A stretch of 55,496 nt of DNA from an uncultured Methylococcaceae bacterium (GCA_903910205.1 CAIVYW010000484.1:1-55496), one strand, 5' to 3'. Positions 40,154-51,258 are shown, numbered from the stretch's first letter. Notes: generated by a model not told the origin, from the letters alone. A program made the numbers and translations.

Positions 40154-42950
40154 CTTGGCCTGCTATGTTTTCTATACAACGACCACAAAGCTCGGGATGC
40201 TCGGCATGTTCGCCTACGTCATAACGTTGATGCCAACAACGCACACATTTTTGATGAGTTGATACGATGACTTTTAATTTAACCCCGTCAACGTCCGTTT
40301 GCAGGGCATCTTCAGGACAAAACTGTTCGGCCATCACAGAGGCATTCGAGGTAATGAAAACAAAATGTAACTCGCCCTGCAACTGATTTAATATCTCTAA
40401 ATAAGTGGGATTACAATACAGTTCAAGTTCTGCATTCAACGAAGAGCCAATATCACCTTTGCCGCGACTTTTCTCTAATTCTTTACTAACCGCAGTTCTT
40501 ATCAGCATCACTTGTTGCCAAAATGCTGGGTTCATTGCTGAATTTTCATCCAACTTAACCAAGCCCTGATACCAGGTTTCTAAGAACACCGATTCGCTAC
40601 GTTCACCTGGCAAATACTGCCATATTTCATCAGCGGTATAGCTAATGATAGGTGCTAACCAACGCGTCAGTGCTTCTAAAACATGATACATTGCGGTTTG
40701 TGCTGAACGCCTTGCCAAACCATCGGCTTTAGCGGTGTACTGACGATCTTTGATAATATCTAGGTAAAAGCCACCTAAATCAATCACGCAAAAATGATGC
40801 ACTTTTTGATAAATTTGCTGAAACTGATAAGTGTCGTAAGCGACTTTGACTTCTTCTTGCAAGGCCAAGGCTCTATCAAGCACCCAACGATCTAAGGCTA
40901 ATAAATCTGAGTGTGCCACACAATCTTGCGCCGGATTAAAATCATCCAGATTCGATAATAAAAACCGTGCGGTATTACGTAAACGACGATAACCGTCAGA
41001 GGTACGTTCTAGGATTTCATCTGAGACGCGCATTTCACTACGATAATCAGTAGAGGCAATCCAAAGCCTTAAGACATCAGCGCCCAGATTTTTCATCACC
41101 GACTGCGGTGGAATGACATTGCCTTTAGATTTGGACATTTTTTCGCCGTTCTTGTCCACGGTAAAGCCATGGGTCAAAACTGCTTTATAAGGCGCGACAT
41201 CATTCATAGCCACTGAGGCCAGCAAGGATGATTGAAACCAGCCCCTATGTTGATCTGAACCTTCTAAATACAAATCAGCCGGCGAGCTTAGTTGTTCACG
41301 CTTATCTAGCACACAGGCATGAGTCACACCCGAATCAAACCAGACATCCAAGGTATCGGTGGATTTTTCATAATCTGCGGCTTCTGCACCTAACAACTCT
41401 TCTTTTTCCAGCTCAAACCACGCTTCTATGCCTTTGACTTCGATGCGTTTAGCAATTTGTTCTATTAATTCAGCGGTGCGCGGATGCAATTCACGAGTTT
41501 CTTTATGTATAAAGAAGGTGATAGGCACACCCCAGGTGCGTTGCCTAGAAATACACCAATCAGGACGACCATCTATCATGCTTTCTATACGAGCTTGACC
41601 CCATTCTGGAATCCACGCAACGCGTTTAACTTCGCTTAAGGCTTGCTCACGCAATTTATTTTTATTCATGGCGATAAACCATTGCGGTGTCGCTCTAAAA
41701 ATAATCGGTGTTTTATGGCGCCAGCAATGTGGATAGCTATGCAAAAGGGCATGATGATGTACCAACTTGCCTTTGCTTTCTAAGACTTCTAATACATGGG
41801 CATTGGCATTAAAGACATGCTCACCGGCAAAGAACTCCGTGGTCGATAAAAACACCCCATCAGCTCCGACTGGATTATCTATCGGCAAACCATATTTCAT
41901 ACCGACGATATAATCGTCTTGACCATGACCTGGGGCGGTATGCACAGCGCCGGTACCGGCTTCTGTGGTGACATGCTCACCTAAGACTATCGGTACTTTT
42001 CTATCATAGAAAGGATGCTCTACTAACTGAAATTCCCAAGCAGAACCTTTGCAATAACCAATGACATGATAATCATCAATACCGAAACGTAATAGGCTAT
42101 CTTTGAGCAAGGCTTCAGCAACCACCAAACGCTCGGTCGGACATTGTACGATCACGTATTCTAAGTCAGGATTTAACGCCACCCCCTGATTAGCCGGCAA
42201 AGTCCAGGGCGTGGTCGTCCAAATGACTACCGATAAATCGCCCTGCCCTTCATGGGCTGGTGCATGATGACACAAGCCCATAAAAGCCGCTTCATCGACG
42301 ACTTTAAAGCGCACATCAATGGCGGGCGAATGTTTATCTTCATATTCAACTTCAGCTTCTGCCAATGCTGAACCACAATCGGTACACCAATGCACGGGTT
42401 TTGCGCCAGCGGCAACATGGCCTTTTTGAGTTATTTTACCTAAAGAGCGCACGATGTCGGCTTCGAAAGCAAAATCCATTGTTAAATAAGGATTTTCCCA
42501 ATCACCTAAAATCCCTAGGCGAATAAAGGCTTCTTTTTGTATCTCGACTTGTTTAGCCGCATAGTCTCTACAGGCTTTACGAAAGACAGCCGGTGATACT
42601 TTAACGCCGGCTTTGCCTATTTTCTTTTCTACCATCAGTTCTATCGGTAGGCCGTGGCAATCCCAACCGGGTACATAAGGCGCATCAAAACCACTTAAGG
42701 TTTTTGATTTAACAATAATATCTTTTAAGACTTTATTAACCGCATGGCCTATATGTATCTCACCATTAGCATAAGGAGGGCCATCATGTAAGATAAACTT
42801 AGGTCTGCCGGAAAATTCTTTCCTGATTTGTTGGTATAGTTCAGCTTGAGTCCATTTCTTGAGGCGTTCCGGTTCACGTTGCGCCAAATTACCTTTCATA
42901 GGGAAAGCGGTGCTCGGTAAGTTCAGTGTTTTTTTATAATCAGTCGTCAT
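40131..42950 (-). CDS. ileS: isoleucine--tRNA ligase
   Basis: HIGH, KMSKS and C-terminal Zn finger CVRC...CGRC. Confidence 0.98.
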   Translation of the reverse strand: MTTDYKKTLNLPSTAFPMKGNLAQREPERLKKWTQAELYQQIRKEFSGRPKFILHDGPPYANGEIHIGHAVNKVLKDIIVKSKTLSGFDAPYVPGWDCHGLPIELMVEKKIGKAGVKVSPAVFRKACRDYAAKQVEIQKEAFIRLGILGDWENPYLTMDFAFEADIVRSLGKITQKGHVAAGAKPVHWCTDCGSALAEAEVEYEDKHSPAIDVRFKVVDEAAFMGLCHHAPAHEGQGDLSVVIWTTTPWTLPANQGVALNPDLEYVIVQCPTERLVVAEALLKDSLLRFGIDDYHVIGYCKGSAWEFQLVEHPFYDRKVPIVLGEHVTTEAGTGAVHTAPGHGQDDYIVGMKYGLPIDNPVGADGVFLSTTEFFAGEHVFNANAHVLEVLESKGKLVHHHALLHSYPHCWRHKTPIIFRATPQWFIAMNKNKLREQALSEVKRVAWIPEWGQARIESMIDGRPDWCISRQRTWGVPITFFIHKETRELHPRTAELIEQIAKRIEVKGIEAWFELEKEELLGAEAADYEKSTDTLDVWFDSGVTHACVLDKREQLSSPADLYLEGSDQHRGWFQSSLLASVAMNDVAPYKAVLTHGFTVDKNGEKMSKSKGNVIPPQSVMKNLGADVLRLWIASTDYRSEMRVSDEILERTSDGYRRLRNTARFLLSNLDDFNPAQDCVAHSDLLALDRWVLDRALALQEEVKVAYDTYQFQQIYQKVHHFCVIDLGGFYLDIIKDRQYTAKADGLARRSAQTAMYHVLEALTRWLAPIISYTADEIWQYLPGERSESVFLETWYQGLVKLDENSAMNPAFWQQVMLIRTAVSKELEKSRGKGDIGSSLNAELELYCNPTYLEILNQLQGELHFVFITSNASVMAEQFCPEDALQTDVDGVKLKVIVSTHQKCVRCWHQRYDVGEHAEHPELCGRCIENIAGQGEHRHYA

Positions 42951-43888
42951 AATTGTTTAATCTCAGCAAAAATATCTTTAGCACTCAGCACATCTTTTAT
43001 AATCTGGGCTTGCAGTTGTTCTAATGATTGAAAATGCATTTCATCTCTAATTTTTTGTTTAAAATGCACTTCCACATAACAGCCATATATTTCTTTATTA
43101 AAATCGAATAAATGGGTTTCAAGTATTACTTTTGAGCCACCACTAAAGGTAGGCCGTGTTCCTACGTTAGCGACACCTTCGTATTCACGACCCTCTATCC
43201 CCGTCATGGTAACGGCAAATACTCCATTGATGGGGGTATTTTTTCTAAACATTCTTATATTGGCGGTGGGATAACCTAGCGTTCGTCCGCGCTTATCACC
43301 ATGAGCGATCCGTCCACAAATGGAATAACAGCGACCTAACAAGTGTTTAGCTTGTGCTAAATCCCCCTCTCCCAAGGCATCCCTGATTAAGGTGCTACTA
43401 ACCCGTTGATTATCGACATAACAAGAGCCGGTATCTTCAACACTAAAGCCATAGTCTTTGCCTTTTTCCTTAAGCAGACCAAAATTTCCACGCCTAGCCT
43501 TACCAAAATGAAAGTCATCGCCAATCACTAAATGCTTAATATTCAATTTTTTGACTAAAACATCTTCAATAAATTGTTCAGCATCACCGTTAGCAAAGGC
43601 ACGATTAAAACTGACTATGAGTAAGTTATCAACCGGCAATTTAGAAAACTCTATGACTTTTTCTCGTAAACGCGTCAACCTAGAAGGTGCGTTATCGCCT
43701 AGAAAATACTCCAAAGGTTGAGGTTCAAAAACCATCGCCACTACCGGCAAACCTAGCTGTTGACCGCGTTCCGCGAGTTTTTTAATAACAGCAAGATGCC
43801 CTAAGTGCAAGCCATCAAAATTACCAATGGTAAGTACACAACCCTTTTCAAAAGGTTCTAAATGCGTGAGTCCTCTAATTAATTTCAT
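42947..43888 (-). CDS. ribF: bifunctional riboflavin kinase/FAD synthetase
   Basis: [27 protein letters not shown]. Confidence 0.97.
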   Translation of the reverse strand: MKLIRGLTHLEPFEKGCVLTIGNFDGLHLGHLAVIKKLAERGQQLGLPVVAMVFEPQPLEYFLGDNAPSRLTRLREKVIEFSKLPVDNLLIVSFNRAFANGDAEQFIEDVLVKKLNIKHLVIGDDFHFGKARRGNFGLLKEKGKDYGFSVEDTGSCYVDNQRVSSTLIRDALGEGDLAQAKHLLGRCYSICGRIAHGDKRGRTLGYPTANIRMFRKNTPINGVFAVTMTGIEGREYEGVANVGTRPTFSGGSKVILETHLFDFNKEIYGCYVEVHFKQKIRDEMHFQSLEQLQAQIIKDVLSAKDIFAEIKQL

Positions 43889-44383
43889 GATCCTTTTGAT
43901 AAAAAAAAGATTTTCATTCTATCATGCGTAACAAGGAAATGCCCCAGCCGATTAAAAACATATCACTCAACGTTAAAGTTTTTGAGTATTTCATCACCTG
44001 ACTCTTATAAAAATCATCCAGCAACTAGGTATAGTAGAGATACCGTCGGTTCTAAGTACCCCAACCCTATTTTTTCAGAAGGCATTAACTTAAAAACATC
44101 GTCAATCAGCTTAGCCACCCAGACTAACACCGTTAACTTTAATACTTAATAATCAATATATTAAGCAAACATATTGATTTAATAGTAGCCGCATTAGGCG
44201 TAAAGCTTTAGTCTTCCTAAAGTGGCATTTAAATTAGTTACCAACGTTTTATAAAATACGCAGGCTCATACATCAAGATAATGCTGAAATATCCGTCAGT
44301 TTACACGGATTCGTTTATTTGATTTGTGGTTGAATGTAAGAGCTTAAAAAAACTTAAGCATCGAGTAATTAAAATAACAAATA

Positions 44384-44423
44384 GCAAACAATATTTTGCA
44401 ACTAGGGTTATAGTCTATATAAT
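44384..44423 (+). promoter_or_regulatory. sigma70-type promoter of the chemosensory-like operon with an overlapping inverted repeat
   Basis: TTGCAA (44396-44401), 16-bp spacer, TATAAT (44418-44423); GCAAA-N6-TTTGC (44384-44399) overlaps the -35. Confidence 0.6.
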
Positions 44424-44455
44424 CAAAAGCTGTTGAAAACTTAGCTTTTCCCCCT

Positions 44456-45913
44456 ATGTTTTTCCGGAAAAAAATGCTGTTATTTAAAGTAGGCTCTGTA
44501 TTTTGTTCCTTACCAAGCAATGCAATACAGCATATTGATTATGCGACTCCGATTACAGTATTGCCATTTGCCCATTCTCCAATTGAAGGTTTGACTAATT
44601 TTAATGGTCAAGCTTTAATCCAAATTGATATTGCCAATATCTTAGGCATTGATCAAAAAGAACAAATTCATTACAAAAGGCTCATCGTTAATTATGCGCA
44701 AAACAGTTATGCCTTGCGGGTAGATGATGTTGTAACTTTAGCTAAAATCCCACTTACTTCGGTTACTGATAAAAACAAGTCTCCCATCCGCGCGTTATCG
44801 TTAAAAGAACTTATCGCTGTCCGTCAAAAAAAGAAAAAACTCGCTGTAAACATAAAACAAATTGACAGCATTAAAAATCCTTCAAATCAGCCAAATATCC
44901 CAGTCTTATTAGTAGCTTCTGGAGGAAGAACGATTGCCTTTCTAGCCCATAGCATTGATCATTTTCAAAAAATAGAATCTTTAAAAACACTACGAGAGCA
45001 AGGTTCACAGGGTGATTTCCTCATTAAAGTAAAAGATAATTTATTGCCTACCTATTTTCTAGGGCAATTATTAGGGCAACAAATAGAAAATGAATCGACT
45101 GCCATTATTTTCAAAACCGAACAAATAACTTGGTCTCTGTGTGTAGAACAAATCATTAAGATTGAATACATAGATAAAATATATTCATCAGGGACTGATA
45201 GTCGAGGATTGTGGTATGTCACACGAACAGGTGAAATTCGTGAACTAATTGATGTAAAAAATTTAATAAGTTTAGGTGAGACAGATTCTGCGCCACGATT
45301 ATGGTACGTTACTCCGAGTGGACAAATTCAAGAGTTAGTTGATGCTAATCAATTATTGGGTATTACTAGCGACTCGCTAGCTATCACAATTACGACTCCA
45401 CAAGAAACATCATTTACGTCACAAACTACCGATCGTTTATCGGTTGATGGCTTACGTATTTATTGCGGTAAAAGTATATATTTATTGCCTTTGATGATGG
45501 CTACGCACGTTGACAAAAATTGGGGGGAAACGGCAATGACGGGTTCTCGTTTTGAAGGCAAGGATAAATCAAAACGTAGTGATCGAATACCTTGCATAGA
45601 TGCGAGTGCTTTGCTATTTGGAGTGCCTAGCAGTTCAATTGAGTGCATAGTTAAGGTTAATTTAGTTCAAGGTAATGAAACATTCTTGGGTATTGATCGA
45701 GTTATGTTGTCTGAGTCGATGACCATTGCCGGTAGTTGGATTGCTCTTGATTTGCCTTATCCGACAACATTATTTTTTGATGCAGTTCAATATGATAGGA
45801 AAACGGGTCAGTGGATACTTAGGTTTATGAATACGATTAATTTTTCTGATTTACCGTGGTTTATTAAAAGATCGGTTGTGAAGGCCATAATTGGCTGGTT
45901 TGATCGTGATTGA
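44456..45913 (+). CDS. multi-CheW-like domain protein (about 3 degenerate modules)
   Basis: N-terminal LLFKVG..SLP..ITVLPF..IEGLTNFNG..IDIANILG..ALRVDDV is CheW-like; two weaker repeats of the pattern follow; true start may be ATG 44474. Confidence 0.7.
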   Translation: MFFRKKMLLFKVGSVFCSLPSNAIQHIDYATPITVLPFAHSPIEGLTNFNGQALIQIDIANILGIDQKEQIHYKRLIVNYAQNSYALRVDDVVTLAKIPLTSVTDKNKSPIRALSLKELIAVRQKKKKLAVNIKQIDSIKNPSNQPNIPVLLVASGGRTIAFLAHSIDHFQKIESLKTLREQGSQGDFLIKVKDNLLPTYFLGQLLGQQIENESTAIIFKTEQITWSLCVEQIIKIEYIDKIYSSGTDSRGLWYVTRTGEIRELIDVKNLISLGETDSAPRLWYVTPSGQIQELVDANQLLGITSDSLAITITTPQETSFTSQTTDRLSVDGLRIYCGKSIYLLPLMMATHVDKNWGETAMTGSRFEGKDKSKRSDRIPCIDASALLFGVPSSSIECIVKVNLVQGNETFLGIDRVMLSESMTIAGSWIALDLPYPTTLFFDAVQYDRKTGQWILRFMNTINFSDLPWFIKRSVVKAIIGWFDRD

Positions 45914-45967
45914 GATGATTTAAATGTATTTATATCTGTAATACTTAATTTGGAAAGTAATATTAAT

Positions 45968-48900
45968 ATGGTTAGCAAAAAGAATATCTATCTGATTTTT
46001 GGAGCAGTAACGGCTCTTTTAGTCCTCTTGACTTTTGTCTTAGTTAATCAAGGGGAAAGAATTAAATGGCATAGCACTGAAATTGAGACCAATTGGTTGC
46101 CAGGCATTGAGTCTATTAATTCGATGCACTCAGCTATCAATAATTATCGAGCTACTGAAATTGCACATGCCATGACTACTGAAGGATCGTTAAAAGCTGA
46201 ATATACCCAAACGTTATTACGCTTTAACAAAGAGTTCTTGGAAGGGAAAGATAAGTATGAGCCGACAATTAGACCTTATGCATTAAAGGAACTAGCGCTC
46301 TGGAAACAATATATAAAAAATTATGAAGATTATATGACCGCCAGTAAGCTGGCTATGGTCATGTCACAAAATAATGAAAATGTAAAAGCAATTAATCACA
46401 TTAAAATTAATCAAGATTTGTATGACAGCGTGATTGAATATGCACAAATGTTAGTTAATTTAAATACTGACGCTGGTTATGAGGAAGCCCAAAAGGGTAA
46501 CCAAGCTTATGAAAGTGCAAAAATGCAATTACTTGCTGGCCTTATTATTATCTTAATCAGCTTAATAGTTATTGCTTTTTTACTGAGTAATGGGCCAATA
46601 AAACAGCAAGGGAGTTATGCAATATCGAAAATAAGAAAAAATATTGCGCTTATTTTTTTAACATTAATTGTAGCTTTTTGTGCTTATAGCTTTCTTATCT
46701 ATCAACAACTTGGCAGTGTTAATGAACAAATTAACCAGCTCAAGAATAATTGGTTGCCGAGTATTGTGACTATTAACGCAATTAGTAACCAAACAACCAA
46801 TTATGGCATTTATCAGACCTTATCTCTCCTGACTACTAATTCAGATGAAAAAGTGCAGTTAGAAAATAGCCGTAAATTGATAGCTGCCGATATATCTAAT
46901 TTACGAAAGAAATACTTAACACTGATTTCATCAGATGTTGAACGTGATCTTTATAATGAATTTTCTACCAGCTTTGATGAATATAATCTCAGTAATAAGA
47001 AAATAGAGGATTTTTCTAATTCTAACGAAATGAACAAGGCATTAATTGAAAATAATCAGAATGTCATTTTGAAAGAATATTTTTCTGTCGTATTAATGGA
47101 TTTACTACGACTGAATGAGCGCGGTGGTATTGATACCAGTTATAAAAATGACGCTGCTTTAGAATCATTAAAAATAATCACCTTGGGTGGCATTAGTTTT
47201 ATTATTTTATTACTTATTGTTACCTCGCAATTGGTGGTGTTCTGGTTATTTAATGAGGCTCAGGATACTGGGTTTGAAAGTAGTTCACGCACTATTCTGA
47301 CGATTAAAGTAAAATTACGCTTGGTTTTTTTTGGAATGCTTGGCGCATTTATTTTATTCAGCTGGTTAATCAATGGGTTAATGACTGTTTTGGATGATAA
47401 TAGTCGTGAAATTGAAAGAAATTGGCTACCCAGCATTATACAAGTAAATCAGATCAATAAAATGATCAGTGATTATCGCATCGCTGAATCTCAAATTATC
47501 TTTGGCTCTAATTTGGAAGAAAAACTATTTTTGGAAAAGAATCGTAAGCGACTGATTAATGGTATTAGCCATATTAAAGATAGTTATCAAGCTCTCATTT
47601 CGAGTGATCGTGAAAGTGCTATCTTTCAAGAATTTTCACATAACTACACGGACTATTTAAAGAAAAGTGAAGTAATGCTGGTATTGTCAAGTAAAAATGA
47701 TACAGAGGGCGCTATTAAGGCATTTCAAGTTAATCGTATTATATTTGATGCCATGACGATTAATTTAGAAAAGTTAGTGCAATTGAATGCAGAAAGTGGA
47801 ATGCATGCTACTCAATTAAACAATCGAATATTTGATGAATCACAACAAATTATTTATGCGGTTGTGTTGGTCATTTTAATGATTACCATTTTGTTTATGA
47901 TTATTTTTGATAAAAATATTTCCTTAGCCTTACAGCGACTAACATCTACTGTCAGAAGTTTAGCCGCTGGTGTTTTAGTGAGTGGAAATGCTGATCTTAA
48001 AAGTCGTCATGATGAAATTGGTCAAATGGCGGATGCCGTGGATATGGTAAATAATACGCTAAAAGCATTAATGCTAGATGCCAATGAGTTGGTACATGCT
48101 GCGGAAGCTGGGACGCTATCTGTTCGGGTTGATGACACAAGGCATCCTGGAGAATTTAAAAAAATTGTTGCTGGTATGAATACCCTAATTGATATATTAA
48201 GTAAGCCTCTTGGCGATATTGCGGAAATCATGCAAAACTTAGCATTAGGTGATTTATCCGAGCGTATGAAAGGTGATTATGAGGGTGAACTATATATTTT
48301 AAAAACTAACGTGAATCGTAGCTTAGAAGCGTTGGTCAGTTTATTAACGGAATTAAGTCAAACAATGCAATATATGGCTAATAATGATTTAACACATCAC
48401 TTGATAGGTAACTATCAAGGTGAGTTTTCATTGTTAAAAGCCAGTACCAATCAAACTATTGCGCATATGATTGAAATTTTACAGGAAATCACTATTAGCA
48501 CTTTGCAATCTGCAGTGGCTATAGAGCAGACATCCGAATCCTCCAAATATGTAGCTCGTGAGGCTTCTCAACAGATGTTCGCTATAGAAAATGTAGCTAA
48601 AGCAATTGATAAAACGGCTGTGTCAGTTAATGAGATTGCTAAAAATGCACAGGAAGGTCGCTCTTTGGCTCGCAGCACTGCAAATTTTGCTAATGAAGGA
48701 CAGGCTCAGCTTAATAAATTAAATGATTTGATTCAATTAACTGATGATATTACCCGTATCGCTGATAAGACACATTTGTTGTCGTTAAATGCCGCACTAG
48801 AAGCCATGCGAGCGGGCGAATATGGGATGGGGTTTGGACTTGTTGCACAACAAATTGGGACGTTGGCAGAAGAAGTGACTATTTCAGCTCAAAAAATTCG

Positions 48901-49177
48901 TTTTGGCGTTAATACCTTACAAACGACCCAAACAGCAATGGAGAAAATTGCCCACGCGGCCCAATCGAGTGAAGTTAATGTTGAGAGTATTTCAGTGGCG
49001 ATAGTCCAACAATCGTCAGCCGTCAGGACAATCACCGAGCAAATTGATGAGCTTCGTATTAGCAGTGAAGCCAGCGCATCAGCAGCTGAAGAGATCAGCT
49101 CAACGATGGATCATTTGGCGCAAACGGTTAAAGAAACGGCTGATAAGGTAAAATATTTTAAATTGATTGAAAATTAA
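45968..49177 (+). CDS. methyl-accepting chemotaxis-like receptor: 3x(TM-4HB-TM), 4 HAMP, shortened signalling hairpin
   Basis: three NWLP(G/S)I motifs, six hydrophobic segments, HAMP signatures (RHDEIG, GEF, GDL..GEL) and tip IADKTHLLSLNAALEAMRAGEYGMGF; ATG 45968 preferred over TTG 45950. Confidence 0.9.
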   Translation: MVSKKNIYLIFGAVTALLVLLTFVLVNQGERIKWHSTEIETNWLPGIESINSMHSAINNYRATEIAHAMTTEGSLKAEYTQTLLRFNKEFLEGKDKYEPTIRPYALKELALWKQYIKNYEDYMTASKLAMVMSQNNENVKAINHIKINQDLYDSVIEYAQMLVNLNTDAGYEEAQKGNQAYESAKMQLLAGLIIILISLIVIAFLLSNGPIKQQGSYAISKIRKNIALIFLTLIVAFCAYSFLIYQQLGSVNEQINQLKNNWLPSIVTINAISNQTTNYGIYQTLSLLTTNSDEKVQLENSRKLIAADISNLRKKYLTLISSDVERDLYNEFSTSFDEYNLSNKKIEDFSNSNEMNKALIENNQNVILKEYFSVVLMDLLRLNERGGIDTSYKNDAALESLKIITLGGISFIILLLIVTSQLVVFWLFNEAQDTGFESSSRTILTIKVKLRLVFFGMLGAFILFSWLINGLMTVLDDNSREIERNWLPSIIQVNQINKMISDYRIAESQIIFGSNLEEKLFLEKNRKRLINGISHIKDSYQALISSDRESAIFQEFSHNYTDYLKKSEVMLVLSSKNDTEGAIKAFQVNRIIFDAMTINLEKLVQLNAESGMHATQLNNRIFDESQQIIYAVVLVILMITILFMIIFDKNISLALQRLTSTVRSLAAGVLVSGNADLKSRHDEIGQMADAVDMVNNTLKALMLDANELVHAAEAGTLSVRVDDTRHPGEFKKIVAGMNTLIDILSKPLGDIAEIMQNLALGDLSERMKGDYEGELYILKTNVNRSLEALVSLLTELSQTMQYMANNDLTHHLIGNYQGEFSLLKASTNQTIAHMIEILQEITISTLQSAVAIEQTSESSKYVAREASQQMFAIENVAKAIDKTAVSVNEIAKNAQEGRSLARSTANFANEGQAQLNKLNDLIQLTDDITRIADKTHLLSLNAALEAMRAGEYGMGFGLVAQQIGTLAEEVTISAQKIRFGVNTLQTTQTAMEKIAHAAQSSEVNVESISVAIVQQSSAVRTITEQIDELRISSEASASAAEEISSTMDHLAQTVKETADKVKYFKLIEN

Positions 49178-49178
49178 A

Positions 49179-50687
49179 ATGAAGTCAACTGAGCTTAATA
49201 ATTCGGAATCCTTATTTAGAAAGCTCATGATACCCTTTCTATTAAGTGTATTATTGGGTTTAGCTATTTTCTACAGCAGTGCAGCGAATAAAGTAATGGG
49301 CTTGGAAGCACTCCAAGATTCCATTATTGTCGTAGGTTACGGATTAAGCATCGCTGAAATTTTGATTATTTCGGTATTATTTCGGCGAATCATTCAGTAT
49401 TTTATCCTTGATCAATTAATTGCTACGGCTTTAGGCACGCCTACTCCTCGATTACTTTCGCAAATGGTCACGGTGATTACCTACACCTTAGCGATTGCGG
49501 CTATTGTGGCTATTGTTTTTAAAAAAGATCTCACGGTATTTTTGGCTACCTTTGGCGGTGCGAGTATTGTCGTCGGACTAGCCTTGCAATCGATGATTCA
49601 AGATTTATTTGCCGGACTTACCATTAATCTAGATCGCTCTATTAATATTGGTGATTTTATTAGACTTGATAATGGTGATAACGAGATGATTGAAGGCAGG
49701 ATCTTAGAAATACAATGGAGATCTCTACAGCTAATTGATTCAAAAGGAAATATGGTTATTGTGCCAAATAATCAGGTCTATACTCAAAGTATCACCAATT
49801 ATTCTAGGCCTGAGACGTTTTATAAGATTGATTTACCCATTTTTTTAAATACTGAAGTGCCTATTGACCAAGCTTTGCGGATTTTAAATACAGCCGCACT
49901 TGAAGCATCACCAAAATTTTCACCTGCCGATGCACCGATGCCTTCTGTGCGAATTAATCAAATAACGCTCGATGGCGTTGAATATTTTATTCATATATAT
50001 CCGACTTTTGCAACGCGTGATAATGCCAGAGATCTGGTTCAGCAAAATGTACTACGTTATTTAAATTATGCTAACTTAACACCAGCACTAGAAAAAATAG
50101 GGGAGCGTACGCCCGCTACAGTTATTAATAAAATGCAACACATTGCTAATTTATTAGGCACTACAGATATATTTCAAGATTTATCTGCACCTGACTTAGA
50201 CTTATTAGCTAACGTAACGCAACTGCGTTCTTTATCTGCAGGAGTATTAGTGGTACAAGGTGGTGAAATAGCAAATAGTGTGTTTTTTGTTATTGAAGGG
50301 TTATTGGTGCTTGAAGATTGGAGAAAAAAAGATACTAAGAACTTGGTTACTAAATTTATAATAGGACCCGGTACGTTAATCAATGCAACGACCTTTATTG
50401 CTGGTGGTATTTGTGAGTCGAATATACGAACAAAGAGTATGGTTCTTCTTTGTGAAATTAGCTACTCAGCGGTTGAGCAATTATTTTTACAAAATCCTCA
50501 AAGTGGTAGTTATTTAAGTCGTCGCGTTGCCGAACGATTAAGTAATAACTGTGCTGAAAATAACGCAGGTTTTAAACAACCAAATATTGAAAGTAATATT
50601 GACGAATTATATGAGAAAGTCTTTAAAAATTTGCGCCGATTATTTGCACATTTGAAGCTAATCGATATTGTTAGCAATAACAGGTAA
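49179..50687 (+). CDS. MscS-family channel with a C-terminal cNMP-binding-like domain
   Basis: VGLALQ..IQDLFAG, IGDFI, EIQWRS, VPNN, TNYSRP; C-terminal IFQDLS..DL...VVQGG...VFFVIEG; ATG 1 nt after the receptor stop. Confidence 0.88.
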   Translation: MKSTELNNSESLFRKLMIPFLLSVLLGLAIFYSSAANKVMGLEALQDSIIVVGYGLSIAEILIISVLFRRIIQYFILDQLIATALGTPTPRLLSQMVTVITYTLAIAAIVAIVFKKDLTVFLATFGGASIVVGLALQSMIQDLFAGLTINLDRSINIGDFIRLDNGDNEMIEGRILEIQWRSLQLIDSKGNMVIVPNNQVYTQSITNYSRPETFYKIDLPIFLNTEVPIDQALRILNTAALEASPKFSPADAPMPSVRINQITLDGVEYFIHIYPTFATRDNARDLVQQNVLRYLNYANLTPALEKIGERTPATVINKMQHIANLLGTTDIFQDLSAPDLDLLANVTQLRSLSAGVLVVQGGEIANSVFFVIEGLLVLEDWRKKDTKNLVTKFIIGPGTLINATTFIAGGICESNIRTKSMVLLCEISYSAVEQLFLQNPQSGSYLSRRVAERLSNNCAENNAGFKQPNIESNIDELYEKVFKNLRRLFAHLKLIDIVSNNR

Positions 50688-50859
50688 GCTATTAAAAATA
50701 GCAAGTTAAGTTCCATACAATTCAGATTATTGAGGTTGTTTTATGAACTCTCAAATAAAAAAACCATAATACATTAATTTATAATAAAATTGGAAACACA
50801 CCCGTTCAATTTAAAATCAAAACTTATAACAACTTGAATATCGAGTAATAAACGACCTG

Positions 50860-51213
50860 TTAGGGCAGATTTCGCATCCTGCGCTTACCGAATTTTCGCA
50901 TCCGTAATTGCGGCAAGGGTCGCTCTACTACTTGAATGATAATATTTCGGGGCTGTTTATTTTTCTCAGCTTTTAAAGCAGCTTTTTCAGCGGCTTGCTG
51001 TGCGCTGTATTTGGCTTGCCATTCTTTTAAAGCCAATGCGGCCGCAGCTTCTTGTTCAGCACTGCGAGGTTTGGTATCAACTTTCTGCTCAACGTTCTTA
51101 TTGGCACAAGGTGTCGCTTGATAAATTATCTTGTAAGGATTGATCGTGCATTTAAATACTTCAGCCTGCACAGGAAAGACAACAACCGGCAATACTAGCA
51201 ACAATACTTTCAT
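50860..51213 (-). CDS. small secreted DUF4124-like protein
   Basis: signal peptide then EVFKC...YQATPC and an Ala/Glu/Lys coiled coil. Confidence 0.7.
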   Translation of the reverse strand: MKVLLLVLPVVVFPVQAEVFKCTINPYKIIYQATPCANKNVEQKVDTKPRSAEQEAAAALALKEWQAKYSAQQAAEKAALKAEKNKQPRNIIIQVVERPLPQLRMRKFGKRRMRNLP

Positions 51214-51258
51214 AAAAAACGGACCTTAAAAAAAGCCATTAAAAGTAGCCGGTAGTGT

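Noticed and set aside
44223-44238. sigma54 promoter (TGGCAT-N5-TTAG) upstream of the chemosensory-like operon
   Set aside because: the -12 element lacks the conserved GC, and a better sigma70 match lies at 44396-44423
43889-44383. FMN riboswitch, small RNA or island attachment site upstream of ribF
   Set aside because: no recognisable consensus, and no direct repeat matching the right flank (50690-50860) found by eye
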